64,000 nt of DNA from contig SVMW01000003.1 in NCBI GenBank assembly GCA_015067215.1, positions 6,682-70,681 of the forward strand. The letters are read 5' to 3'. A model generated the notes under the pieces. It was not told where the DNA came from. It did no database searches and worked only from the letters and a program-made list of their open reading frames with translations. Of the stretch, positions 38,512 through 48,084 are shown piece after piece. Both the position numbers and the translations under genes were made by a program. Each line of letters starts with the position of its first letter. The first letter of the stretch is position 1. This DNA is from Oscillospiraceae bacterium (GTDB lineage: Bacteria; Bacillota; Clostridia; Oscillospirales; Ruminococcaceae).

Positions 38512-38855
38512 ATATAAAAAAGCTCATAGGTGACAAAGGGGAAAGAAAAGTTGCAAGAATGTATGCCGCAAAGGGATATAAAATAATTGCCCGTAACTTT
38601 TCCTGTAAATACGGTGAACTGGATATTGTTGCACAAAAGGGTAAACAGGTTGTTGTAATAGAGGTTAAAACCCGTAAAAATGACAGCTTTGCACAGGCCA
38701 GAGAATATGTTGACTACCGTAAACAAAACAGAATCCGCAATACAGCTGACCTGTTTTTGCAGCAGCATAAACTGACAGATTGCGCAATACGGTTTGATGT
38801 GGCGGAAGTGTACACGGAAAACAACATTGTCAATGTAATTGAAGCAGCTTTTTGA
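38508..38855 (+). CDS. YraN-family (UPF0102) endonuclease-like protein
   Basis: 115 aa, GELDIVA..VVVIEVKTR motif. ATGA overlap with rnhB. Confidence 0.8.
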   Translation: MNIKKLIGDKGERKVARMYAAKGYKIIARNFSCKYGELDIVAQKGKQVVVIEVKTRKNDSFAQAREYVDYRKQNRIRNTADLFLQQHKLTDCAIRFDVAEVYTENNIVNVIEAAF

Positions 38856-38870
38856 TAGTAAAATATAATG

Positions 38871-38907
38871 AAAAAAACAGAGCCGGAAATCCGGCTCTGT
38901 TTTTTTA
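38871..38907. terminator. Bidirectional rho-independent terminator
   Basis: A-run, 10-bp GC-rich stem ACAGAGCCGG/CCGGCTCTGT with loop AAAT, then T-run. Lies between convergent genes. Confidence 0.8.
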
Positions 38908-38912
38908 TTGCA

Positions 38913-39827
38913 TTAATCTCTTGTCCATCCTTCACCAGTGATCTCATGGGCTGAATGTATTGTTACAAATGCAAATTTATCGGTTGTATGTACAATGTTA
39001 AGAAGTGAAGAGTATTCTCTGATATTAAAAGAAACCATGATAACTTTTTTATCAGATTTGGAATAACCGCCTTTGGCATCGAATATTGTTGTTGTTCTTT
39101 CAAGTTTCTCAATAACCTGCTGAGTTATTTCGTCAGGTTTATCGGATATGATATTTGCTACAAATGCTTTGCTGCTTCCAAGGAAAATATAATCAACAAA
39201 ATATGAACATACAAATGCAGATATTATACCCAGCATTGTGATTACGAGGTCGTTGATTATAAACATACCCATGACAATAATTATGGCATCTATGGCAAAA
39301 ATTACAACAGGGCTTTTTAAACGTTTGAATATTTTGCAGATTAAAAATGCAAGTATATCCACACCGCCTGTGGAACCACCACCGACAAAGGTTACCGCAC
39401 AGCCTACACCTGTAAGAATACCACCGAAAACAGCGGCAAGGAAAATTGCAATGTCAGGATACTGAGAGTTTTTGATATAGAAAAAACCACCCATAAAATC
39501 AGCATTTACAATATGCATAAATACAGAAAGCATCGCCGGGTAAAACAGGGAAGATATAAAAGTTTTAAGTGCAAAATCTTTTCCCAGGAATATCAGACCG
39601 ATAACAAATAAGCCCCACATTAAAACCGTAACATATGTATCAATACCTGCGTTGAATGGAAGAACTTTTTCAAGAACAATTGCAAGGCCGGAAAGCCCAC
39701 CTGTTACAAGGTCGTAAGGAACTATAAATACAGCTGTGCCAAAAGCCAGAATAGCAGAACCAAGTATTACAAGAATAATATTTTTTAAGGTATTAATTAT
39801 TTCTTTTTTAGTATATTTTTTAATCAT
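38913..39827 (-). CDS. YitT-family membrane protein (with C-terminal DUF2179-like domain)
   Basis: Five or six TM segments, GGSTGG motif, soluble C-terminal domain. Confidence 0.8.
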   Translation of the reverse strand: MIKKYTKKEIINTLKNIILVILGSAILAFGTAVFIVPYDLVTGGLSGLAIVLEKVLPFNAGIDTYVTVLMWGLFVIGLIFLGKDFALKTFISSLFYPAMLSVFMHIVNADFMGGFFYIKNSQYPDIAIFLAAVFGGILTGVGCAVTFVGGGSTGGVDILAFLICKIFKRLKSPVVIFAIDAIIIVMGMFIINDLVITMLGIISAFVCSYFVDYIFLGSSKAFVANIISDKPDEITQQVIEKLERTTTIFDAKGGYSKSDKKVIMVSFNIREYSSLLNIVHTTDKFAFVTIHSAHEITGEGWTRD

Positions 39828-39836
39828 ACATACTCC

Positions 39837-40679
39837 TTATCTGTCCATTGTATAGCCTCTGCCGCTCACATAATGTACTGTATCAACAACTACGAAAGCG
39901 GCCGGATCAATAGCATAAACACTTCTTTTTACCTTTTCTACCATATCAAGATGTACAACAGTCATGATTATTTTTGTCTGTTCTCTGAGGAAACCGCTTT
40001 CACTATTTATATAACTCATGCCAACGTCAAGTTTATCCAGCAGTTCGGTACGTATTTCTTCCTGCTTCTGAGAGAATATAAATATACGTCCTGCAGATTT
40101 GCCTCTTACAAGAACTTTATCGATAATTATTGTGGAAATAAGGATAACGATAACACCATAGACGGTTTTCAGTATACCGTTTGAAACAGTTTGTGTAAGA
40201 ATAACAATAAAGTCACATATGTACATTACAATTGAAACAGGTGTGCCGAATTTTTTGTTAAGTATAACACCAAGAATATCAAAGCCGCCACCTGAACCAT
40301 TGCCAAGCAAAATAAGTCCGCAGCCCAGGCCGAGTATCGCGCCTGCAAGCAAGCTGCTTACAAAACTGTCTGCAGCAAGGTCGCGGAAAATATTTATTTG
40401 CAGAGTAATTTCAAGCATAAATGGAAAAATTATGCTGGTAAGAAGTGTTTTAAATACAAAATCTTTGCCAACAAATATCCAGCCCAGTAAAAAAAGAGTC
40501 AGGTTAACTATAAGAACCAGAGTTGAAACAGGAAGCGGAACAATATTTTGCAAAAGAACAGAAAAACCTGTTACACCACCTGCAGCAAACTGATTTGGAA
40601 GGACAATAAGCCCGAAAGCAGATGCAGTAAGACAACTGCCTGCAATAACCAGAAGATATGATTTGAAATTTTTAATCAT
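39837..40679 (-). CDS. YitT-family membrane protein, tandem paralogue
   Basis: Same architecture (GGVTGF, GSGGGFD), 9 nt upstream of its paralogue. Confidence 0.8.
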   Translation of the reverse strand: MIKNFKSYLLVIAGSCLTASAFGLIVLPNQFAAGGVTGFSVLLQNIVPLPVSTLVLIVNLTLFLLGWIFVGKDFVFKTLLTSIIFPFMLEITLQINIFRDLAADSFVSSLLAGAILGLGCGLILLGNGSGGGFDILGVILNKKFGTPVSIVMYICDFIVILTQTVSNGILKTVYGVIVILISTIIIDKVLVRGKSAGRIFIFSQKQEEIRTELLDKLDVGMSYINSESGFLREQTKIIMTVVHLDMVEKVKRSVYAIDPAAFVVVDTVHYVSGRGYTMDR

Positions 40680-40787
40680 AACGGTACCTCATTTATAAAA
40701 TATATTAATTATTATAATTAAAAATATTGTAAAATTCTGTAGCCGATGCTACAATTTAAAATTAATAGGATAATAAGAGGTAATGTT

Positions 40788-41420
40788 ATGGCTGTTTTGA
40801 TTCCAAATGAAATAATAACTCTTTTAAAGAAATCAGGTGAAATTGAAATACATCCTGCAGGCTCAAAAGTATTTACAGAAGGCGAAGATGCGTCACATTT
40901 TTTTATTGTGGCAAAAGGCAGGGTGAGAGTATATACTGTGTCTGCAAATGGTAAAGAGAGAACAATAGAAGTGCTGGAAGCGGGAAGAATATTCGGGGAC
41001 AGTTCATTCCTTCTTAATTCAAAAAGGGAAGTGACAATTGAGGCGGTAGTATCATCAGAAATAATATGTATAAAATCAGAAGAACTAATTGAAATGTGTA
41101 TGAAATCACAGCAGCTTATGAGACTTGTATTTCAGCACATGGCAGATACATGTAACTATCTGACGCATCAGATTATACAAAGCAGCCATTACGACAGCAC
41201 ACAGAAAGTAGCGGATTTTTTGTTTAATGAATCAAAAATAAGAAAACAGGATATTTTACCTTATACTCACGAAGAAATAGCTGCATCCACATCTCTTAAC
41301 AGAGTTACAGTTTCAAGAATAATTTCTAAATTAAAAAACAGCGGTATTGTGAATGTAAAATATGGTTATATTGAAATATCGGACAGAAAAGCGCTGGAAA
41401 AACTTCTTCCTGATAAATAA
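40788..41420 (+). CDS. Crp/Fnr-family transcriptional regulator
   Basis: cNMP-binding-like beta-roll (FFIVAKGRVRVY..GKERTIEVL..G.IFG) plus C-terminal HTH (HEEIAASTSLNRVTVSRIISKL). No N-terminal Fnr Cys cluster. Confidence 0.8.
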   Translation: MAVLIPNEIITLLKKSGEIEIHPAGSKVFTEGEDASHFFIVAKGRVRVYTVSANGKERTIEVLEAGRIFGDSSFLLNSKREVTIEAVVSSEIICIKSEELIEMCMKSQQLMRLVFQHMADTCNYLTHQIIQSSHYDSTQKVADFLFNESKIRKQDILPYTHEEIAASTSLNRVTVSRIISKLKNSGIVNVKYGYIEISDRKALEKLLPDK

Positions 41421-41424
41421 AAAC

Positions 41425-41465
41425 AGGCATATGTGTCAGCATTTAAGCTGATACATATGCCTTTG
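41425..41465. terminator. Hairpin terminator between convergent genes
   Basis: 16-bp stem AGGCATATGTGTCAGC/GCTGATACATATGCCT (one G-U pair), 6-nt loop. Confidence 0.65.
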
Positions 41466-41473
41466 GCTTTATA

Positions 41474-42697
41474 TTATTTGTAAAGAAGGAATTCTTCGGG
41501 AATGTATTTATAAATTATTCTTTCCATAAATTCCAGTGAAAATACATCCTGAAACGCCCTTACACCATGAGAAGCTGCCATTTCTGCAGTGTAGTCAGCA
41601 AGCAGATAATTTCTTACATTTGCATAATTGGCATCATAATGGGTAACAGTTGGTACAAATTTAGGATTTTCAATGGTAATTTTGTAATTGTCCTCCAAGT
41701 CGGTATAAGTTTTTACAATGTCAAACATGAACATACCGCCAAGCATATTGTTTGCTGCAGACTGCGCCGAAATAAAATTGCCAAGAGAATAGCAGACAAT
41801 GGTTCTGTGTCCGTTATCAGGGTTTTCAATCCATTCAACAGTCTGAATTACATGAGGATGTGTACCTATAATAGCATCAACGCCGAATTCATTAAGCTTC
41901 TGTGCAATTTCATGCTGTAAAGGGATTGTCTGGTTGGTGTCTTCATAACCCCAATGGCAGGAAGCAATTACAATATCAGCATTTTCTTTTGCAATTTTTA
42001 CCTGACGTTCAATTGTTTCGTAATCACTTGTAGATACAACCTTAGGGCAAGTTTCATCATAGATGGACAGTCCGTTTGTATACATGGTATACGCCACAAA
42101 AGCTACTTTTACACCTTTGACATCCATATACTTGATTTCGTTTGCGTCATCTCCGGTATAAAAACCAAAATATTCAATATTATCAAACTGCGACCAGAAT
42201 TCAAGGGATGAACGAATGCCGTCAGGACCTTTGTCATAAGAATGGTTATTGCTCATTCCAATTGCATTAAAGCCCATATCAACAACATGCTGACCAAGCT
42301 CTACAGGGGATGAAAACTGTGGGTAATGGGATGGTTTGTATGCGTCATTTACAAGAGTTTCCTGATTGATAAACCTGATGTCAAAATCATCAAAATAGTT
42401 TTCAATATTTTTATATGCATAATCAAAATCATAACTGTTTCCGCCTGCACGCTGCTGAGCCTGAAGGTAGATAGTTCCATGAATCAGATTGTCGCCAACA
42501 CCTATAAAGTGCACTGTTTCTGCAGGTTTTATTGTTGGCTCAGGCGTTGGTTCAGAAGTAGGTTCCGGTGTGTTATTTGTAGTTACGAAAATAACACTCA
42601 TATCATCAAAACTGAAAAATGTATCATAAAAGATAAAACCAAAAGTAAGAACGAGGACAATTCCAAGTGTAATAATTAATTTTTTTCTGTTTTTCAA
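41474..42697 (-). CDS. CapA/PGA_cap-family metallophosphoesterase-like protein, membrane anchored
   Basis: One TM segment, Pro/Thr/Glu linker (PEPTSEPTPEPT), then a CapA-like domain (GVGDN, NNHSYD, HWG). TTG at 42697 is preferred because GAGGTG lies 6 nt upstream. Confidence 0.75.
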   Translation of the reverse strand: MKNRKKLIITLGIVLVLTFGFIFYDTFFSFDDMSVIFVTTNNTPEPTSEPTPEPTIKPAETVHFIGVGDNLIHGTIYLQAQQRAGGNSYDFDYAYKNIENYFDDFDIRFINQETLVNDAYKPSHYPQFSSPVELGQHVVDMGFNAIGMSNNHSYDKGPDGIRSSLEFWSQFDNIEYFGFYTGDDANEIKYMDVKGVKVAFVAYTMYTNGLSIYDETCPKVVSTSDYETIERQVKIAKENADIVIASCHWGYEDTNQTIPLQHEIAQKLNEFGVDAIIGTHPHVIQTVEWIENPDNGHRTIVCYSLGNFISAQSAANNMLGGMFMFDIVKTYTDLEDNYKITIENPKFVPTVTHYDANYANVRNYLLADYTAEMAASHGVRAFQDVFSLEFMERIIYKYIPEEFLLYK

Positions 42698-42801
42698 TAT
42701 AATCACCTCGTGATAAATAGCTAAAAATATTTTACATTAAAACATCTTCATAATCAATCATTAAACTGATTAAAATTGAATTTGTCAGAAACATAATTAA
42801 A

Positions 42802-42838
42802 TGCCGTGTCTGTTAAAAACAGAAACACGGCACTTTTG
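42802..42838 (-). terminator. Possible terminator after the AraC-family gene
   Basis: Stem TGCCGTGT/ACACGGCA with an inner CTGTT/AACAG extension. The U-tract on the minus strand is weak. Confidence 0.4.
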
Positions 42839-42839
42839 T

Positions 42840-43661
42840 TTAATTATGGATAGAATCTTCTTTCGGTGAATGTCCGAAATAAGAACGATAGGCGCGGAAA
42901 AATGCAGAGTAGTCAGAAAAACCACAGGTAAGACAGGCAGCCCCTGCAGATTCACCGCGTTGAATCATAGCACGGGCAGCAAGCAGGCGTTTTATTCTTA
43001 CATATTCTGTCAGAGATGAGCCTGTTGCATGATGGAATACTCTGCGGATGTGCGACTGACTGAGATAAAAATGCTCAGCAATACTTTGCAGTGAAATGTG
43101 TTCAAAAAGGTGTTCATTAACATAACTCACAAGCTGGCTTGGCAATCCCTGTTCAGGAGTATGACGGATAGAAGTAAGTTCGTAAACACCATTCAGTGCG
43201 GTTAAAAACATAAGCAGCCGTCCCAAAATATTAAGGCGTATATCACTTACATTTTCAAAACTGAAATCGTCAAATGCCTTTCTCAGTTTTTCAAAACGTG
43301 CATCATCTCCCGCAAAGCGGTTCATCTGACCTAACGGGCGTTCAACAAAGGGACGCAAAAGCCATAGGTGCGGGTCGGCAAGCTTGATGAGCAAAGGTGA
43401 AAAATGAATGGCGATTCTTTCGTATGGCTGTTCAGGATTTATCATAAGTTTATGAGCTTCAGAAGCACGGATAATAAAAATATCATTAGGTTTCAGAGGA
43501 TACTGGTTGCCTTCAACCATATAGCTGCCACTGCCTGAAATTATAAAAAAGACTTCCATCCATTCATGTGCATGCATTGAAAAATCATCGGGATATGGAA
43601 TATCGTCGATGGTGTGATGACTGTAAATTTCGTTGTCTTTGTATGTAAAAATCTGGGACAT
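42840..43661 (-). CDS. AraC-family transcriptional regulator with N-terminal cupin sensor domain
   Basis: Cupin (HAHEWMEVFFIISGSG) plus two C-terminal HTH units (..HIRRVFHHATG.., ..GFSDYSAFFRAYRSYFG). Divergent from the sugar-acid operon. Confidence 0.85.
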   Translation of the reverse strand: MSQIFTYKDNEIYSHHTIDDIPYPDDFSMHAHEWMEVFFIISGSGSYMVEGNQYPLKPNDIFIIRASEAHKLMINPEQPYERIAIHFSPLLIKLADPHLWLLRPFVERPLGQMNRFAGDDARFEKLRKAFDDFSFENVSDIRLNILGRLLMFLTALNGVYELTSIRHTPEQGLPSQLVSYVNEHLFEHISLQSIAEHFYLSQSHIRRVFHHATGSSLTEYVRIKRLLAARAMIQRGESAGAACLTCGFSDYSAFFRAYRSYFGHSPKEDSIHN

Positions 43662-43812
43662 AAAACCACCTTTAAGCTTTTTTATTAATATAACACACCA
43701 GTGATCAGATTTGCAATGTTTTTAAGTATTTTATGCAATTCCATTGTAATTTGTGATTAGGTAAAATAATAGTAAATAATAAATTTTTAATATGGAAAGG
43801 AATGTAATTATT

Positions 43813-44892
43813 ATGGTATTGAATCTTCGCGAAAAGTTCCGCTATGCAATCGCTTGTCCTACAAGTATGGGTGTTCGTATTACACCTGACAACCGCATGG
43901 CTGTTCACAACAGCAATCATTATTATATGCAGGCAACAAGTGCAGAATCCAACGTTCTCAATGTTGCATCTTCACTTGGCAATGAATGTCTTGTACTTAC
44001 AAAATTTGTAAAAGGCAGCCCAATTGCACAGTTTATCAAAAGTGACCTTCGTTCCCGTAACATCAACTATGAAGGTGTAGAAGTTGACCAGGGTGGTCCA
44101 TGGGGTTACCGTCATCAGTTCAATATTGCTGACAGCGGTTTCGGCATGCGTGCACCACGAGTATGGAACGACCGTGCAGGGGAAGTAGGCCGTACACTCG
44201 ATGCTTCTGAATTTGATTTTGACCGCATCTTTGGAGAAGAAGGTGTTGCTATCCTTCACATTTCCGGTCTTATTGCAGCAATGAGCCCGGAAACAACACA
44301 GTTCTGCCTTGCTTGTGCAGAAGCTGCTAAAAAATACGGTACATTGGTAAGTTTCGACCTTAACCACCGTGCAACATTCTGGAAAGGCCGTGAAGAAGAA
44401 CTTCATGCTGCATTCCACAAAATTGCTTCTGTTGCAGACATTCTTGTTGGTAACGAAGAAGATTTCCAGCTTTGCCTTGGTTTCAAAGGTCCTGAAGCAG
44501 GCGGTAAAGACATCCTGGGTAAAATTGAAAGTTTCAAAGGCATGATCAGCGAAGTTATGGTTAAATATCCAAACGCTAAAGTTTATGGCACAACACTCCG
44601 TCAGGTTATCAGCGCTAACGAACATATGTGGGGTTGTCTGCTCCATGCTGATGGCCAGTGGTGCGTTGAAGAACCACGTCAGATTCAGGTTATGGACCGT
44701 ATCGGTGGTGGCGACGGTTTTACAGGCGGTCTGCTTTACGGCCTTCTTAAAGGTTGGGAACCGGCACAGTGTGCACAGTTTGGCTGGGCAACAGGTGTTC
44801 TTGCAGCAAGCAGCCTTAATGACTATGCACAGCCAGCAGATGAAAAACAGGTTTGGGACATTTACGCAGGTAACGCACGCGTACAGAGATAA
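43813..44892 (+). CDS. PfkB-family sugar/sugar-acid kinase (KdgK-like; substrate unresolved)
   Basis: AESNVLNVASSLG, DLNHR and IGGGDGFTGG (anion hole/catalytic Asp). Start is uncertain (43792 or 43813). Confidence 0.8.
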   Translation: MVLNLREKFRYAIACPTSMGVRITPDNRMAVHNSNHYYMQATSAESNVLNVASSLGNECLVLTKFVKGSPIAQFIKSDLRSRNINYEGVEVDQGGPWGYRHQFNIADSGFGMRAPRVWNDRAGEVGRTLDASEFDFDRIFGEEGVAILHISGLIAAMSPETTQFCLACAEAAKKYGTLVSFDLNHRATFWKGREEELHAAFHKIASVADILVGNEEDFQLCLGFKGPEAGGKDILGKIESFKGMISEVMVKYPNAKVYGTTLRQVISANEHMWGCLLHADGQWCVEEPRQIQVMDRIGGGDGFTGGLLYGLLKGWEPAQCAQFGWATGVLAASSLNDYAQPADEKQVWDIYAGNARVQR

Positions 44893-44911
44893 TTAAAGGA
44901 GATTTCTTATC

Positions 44912-46366
44912 ATGAAAAAAGCAGATATAGGTATGATTGGCCTTGCAGTTATGGGGCAGTCCCTGGTTCTTAATATGGAATCAAAAGGTTTTACAGTTGC
45001 TTGTTACGACCTCAATCCTGAACAGAGCGTTAAAGGCTTTGTAGAAGGCAGAGGTGCAGGAAAAAACCTTATTGGTGCATACAGCCTTGAAGAATTTGTT
45101 CAGAGCCTTGAAAAACCACGCAGAGTTATGATGATGATTCGTGCAGGTAAACCTGTTGATGATTATATTGAAAAGCTTATTCCTCTTCTTGAAGAAGGCG
45201 ATATTATCATTGACGGTGGCAACAGTCATTTCCCGGATACAATGCGTCGTACAGCTTATGTTGAAAGCAAAGGTTTGCTTTATATCGGCAGCGGTGTTTC
45301 CGGCGGTGAGGAAGGTGCTCTCAAAGGCCCAAGCATGATGCCAGGCGGCTCACCTGCAGCATGGCCACATGTAAAACCTATTTTCCAGAGCATCTGTGCA
45401 AAAGTGGAAAATGGTGATGCATGCTGTGACTGGGTTGGCGAAAATGGTGCAGGTCACTTTGTAAAAATGGTTCATAACGGTATCGAATACGGCGATATGC
45501 AGCTTATATGTGAAGCATATCAGCTTATGCGTGATGGTCTTGGCATGTCCAATGAAGAAATGCATGAAGTATTTGCTGAATGGAACAAAGGTGAACTGGA
45601 CAGCTATCTTATTGAAATCACTCGTGATATTCTTGCTTACAAAGATGAAAAAGGTGAATACACTGTAGATAAGATTCTTGATACAGCAGGCCAGAAAGGT
45701 ACAGGCAAATGGACAGCAATCTCCGCTCTTGACGAAGGTGTGCCACTTACACTTATCGGTGAAGCAGTATTTGCTCGCTGTCTGTCTGCAATGAAAAACG
45801 AACGCGTTACAGCTTCAGCTGTATTCCCAAAAACAGTTCCTGCTTTTGAAGGTGACAAGGCTGAATTTATTGAAGCTGTAAGAAAAGCTCTTTATGCTTC
45901 CAAAATTATTTCATACGCACAGGGTTATACACTTATGCGTACAGCTGCTAAAACATATAACTGGAACCTCAACTATGGCGGTATTGCACTTATGTGGCGC
46001 GGCGGTTGCATTATCCGCAGTGTTTTCCTTGGAAAAATCAAAGAAGCTTATGATAAAAATCCTGAACTTGAAAATCTGCTTCTTGACGATTATTTCGGTC
46101 AGGCAATTAAAGAACTTGTTCCTGCATGGAGAGAAGTTGTAGCATATGCAGTTAAAGCCGGTATTCCAATGCCTGCATTTTCATCTGCACTCAGCTACTT
46201 TGATGGTTATACATCTGCAAAACTTCCGGCAAACCTTCTTCAGGCACAGAGAGACTACTTTGGTGCACATACTTATGAAAGAATTGATTGCCCACGCGGT
46301 GAATTTTTCCACACAGACTGGACAGGTCATGGCGGCGGCACATCCGCAAGCAGCTACAATGTTTAA
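44912..46366 (+). CDS. gnd: 6-phosphogluconate dehydrogenase, decarboxylating
   Basis: 484 aa. IGLAVMGQSL Rossmann motif, GAGHFVKMVHNGIEYGDMQLI, AQRDYFGAHTYER. Confidence 0.95.
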   Translation: MKKADIGMIGLAVMGQSLVLNMESKGFTVACYDLNPEQSVKGFVEGRGAGKNLIGAYSLEEFVQSLEKPRRVMMMIRAGKPVDDYIEKLIPLLEEGDIIIDGGNSHFPDTMRRTAYVESKGLLYIGSGVSGGEEGALKGPSMMPGGSPAAWPHVKPIFQSICAKVENGDACCDWVGENGAGHFVKMVHNGIEYGDMQLICEAYQLMRDGLGMSNEEMHEVFAEWNKGELDSYLIEITRDILAYKDEKGEYTVDKILDTAGQKGTGKWTAISALDEGVPLTLIGEAVFARCLSAMKNERVTASAVFPKTVPAFEGDKAEFIEAVRKALYASKIISYAQGYTLMRTAAKTYNWNLNYGGIALMWRGGCIIRSVFLGKIKEAYDKNPELENLLLDDYFGQAIKELVPAWREVVAYAVKAGIPMPAFSSALSYFDGYTSAKLPANLLQAQRDYFGAHTYERIDCPRGEFFHTDWTGHGGGTSASSYNV

Positions 46367-47192
46367 TTATAAGGGTATTATAGCGCTGGATCTTGACGGA
46401 ACACTGCTTGATTCCCGTAAAGAATTGTCACAGACAAATAAAGACACACTTGCTCAGGCGGCTCAGGCCGGCTGGGCAGTTGTGCCTACAACAGGACGTT
46501 TTTACGGAGCTATTCCGCAGATTGTCAGAGAACTGCCGTTTATTCGTTATGCAATTACCGTAAATGGGGCAGAAGTTGCCGATGTTACATCAGGGGAAGT
46601 TATTTATAAAGCAGAAATTCCTTATGAACAAGCTGTTGAAATAATGGCGTTTATGGATAACTATCCGTTGATTTATGACTGCTATCAGGCAGGTGAAGCA
46701 TTTATGACTGCGGAAATGAAAGAGCATATTGATGAAATGACTGAAGAAGTTCAGTATCGTAAGATGCTTAAAGAACTTCGACAGCCTGTTAATGAACTTA
46801 AAGCTTTTCTTATGGATAAAAAACAGAATATCCAGAAAACTCAGTTTGTAACAAATGAACCTAATGTTCAGAAACAACTGTTGGAAATTCTGCCGCAGAA
46901 ATTCAGTGATATTGTAATTTCGGTAACAGCAAAAAACAATGCAGAGATAAACAATGTCAGAGCGAATAAAGGCGAGGCTTTATGGGCATTGGCAGATTAT
47001 CTTGGTGTGCCAAGGGAAAATACTGTTGCGTTCGGTGATGCAGCAAATGACCTGTCTATGATAAAAGCGGCAGGCACAGGTATTGTGATGGCAAATGCCA
47101 GCGAAGAAGTAAAATCAGTAGCTGATTATATTACACTGTCCAATGATGAAGACGGTGTGGCTTTTGGTATAAAAGAAATTTGTTTGAAATAA
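46359..47192 (+). CDS. Cof-type HAD-IIB hydrolase (sugar-phosphate phosphatase-like)
   Basis: LDLDGTLL, TGR and GDAANDLSM motifs. ATG at 46359 overlaps the gnd stop by 8 nt. The ORF-track N-terminal extension is an out-of-frame read over gnd. Confidence 0.8.
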   Translation: MFNYKGIIALDLDGTLLDSRKELSQTNKDTLAQAAQAGWAVVPTTGRFYGAIPQIVRELPFIRYAITVNGAEVADVTSGEVIYKAEIPYEQAVEIMAFMDNYPLIYDCYQAGEAFMTAEMKEHIDEMTEEVQYRKMLKELRQPVNELKAFLMDKKQNIQKTQFVTNEPNVQKQLLEILPQKFSDIVISVTAKNNAEINNVRANKGEALWALADYLGVPRENTVAFGDAANDLSMIKAAGTGIVMANASEEVKSVADYITLSNDEDGVAFGIKEICLK

Positions 47193-47221
47193 TATATATT
47201 TTTTAAAAGCAGGTGATTGAT

Positions 47222-48070
47222 ATGAATTACAACTTGAAAACAGACCTCACAGGCAAAACAGCTGTAGTTACAGGCGCAGGTGGCATACTTTGCGGTATGT
47301 TTGCAAAAGCTCTTGCTGCTGCAGGTGCTAAAGTTGCAGTGCTTGACCTTAATGAAGATGCTGCAGGAAAAGTTGCAGAAGAAATCCGTTCAGAAGGCGG
47401 CATTGCAAAAGCTTACAAATGTAATGTTCTGGAAAAAGAATCACTCGAAAACTGTCATGCACAGGTTTTAGCAGACCTTGGCCCATGTGACATCCTTATT
47501 AATGGTGCAGGCGGCAACAATCCTCGTGCAACAACAGATATGGAATATTATATGCCTGGCGACATCGATGCAGATACAAAAAGCTTTTTTGATCTTGATC
47601 AGAGCGGTGTAGAATTTGTATTCAACCTTAACTTTATCGGTACATTGCTGCCAACACAGACATTTGCAAAAGACATGCTTGGCCGTGAAGGATGTACAAT
47701 TCTTAATGTAAGTTCTATGAATGCTTACACACCACTTACAAAAATTCCTGCATACTCCGGTGCTAAAGCAGCTATTTCCAACTTTACACAGTGGCTTGCT
47801 GTTCATTTCAGCAGAGAAGGTATCCGTGTAAATGCTATTGCTCCAGGATTCTTCTCAACAGCTCAGAACAAAGCATTGCTCTGGAACGAAGACGGTACAC
47901 CAACAGCACGTACCGGCAAAATTCTTGCAGCAACACCAATGGGCCGTTTTGGTGAAGCAGAAGAACTGCTTGGTGCACTGTATTTCCTTGTAGATGAAAA
48001 AGCATCTTCTTTTGTAACAGGTATCGTTATTCCTGTTGATGGTGGTTTCAGCGCTTACAGTGGCGTATAA
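47222..48070 (+). CDS. Classical SDR oxidoreductase, candidate fructuronate/mannonate oxidoreductase (UxuB/YjmF-like)
   Basis: TGAGGILC glycine motif, NGAG, catalytic YSGAKAA. Located in the hexuronate operon. Confidence 0.7.
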   Translation: MNYNLKTDLTGKTAVVTGAGGILCGMFAKALAAAGAKVAVLDLNEDAAGKVAEEIRSEGGIAKAYKCNVLEKESLENCHAQVLADLGPCDILINGAGGNNPRATTDMEYYMPGDIDADTKSFFDLDQSGVEFVFNLNFIGTLLPTQTFAKDMLGREGCTILNVSSMNAYTPLTKIPAYSGAKAAISNFTQWLAVHFSREGIRVNAIAPGFFSTAQNKALLWNEDGTPTARTGKILAATPMGRFGEAEELLGALYFLVDEKASSFVTGIVIPVDGGFSAYSGV

Positions 48071-48084
48071 GCCGGAGGTTTTCC

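Noticed and set aside
38913-40679. Tandem YitT-family genes as something unusual.
   Set aside because: This is an ordinary paralogous duplication of a common Firmicutes membrane protein family. No additional signal was seen.
40680-40787. Possible Crp/Fnr-type operator (ATTGTA-N18-TACAAT) in the YitT/Crp divergent region.
   Set aside because: The spacing does not fit the TTGAT-N4-ATCAA class, and the arms are short AT-rich hexamers likely to occur by chance.
46146-46358. N-terminal 71-codon extension of the HAD ORF in the six-frame track.
   Set aside because: It is an out-of-frame read across the gnd 3' end. The HAD motif I (DLDGTLL) follows immediately after the ATG at 46359, which is the plausible start.
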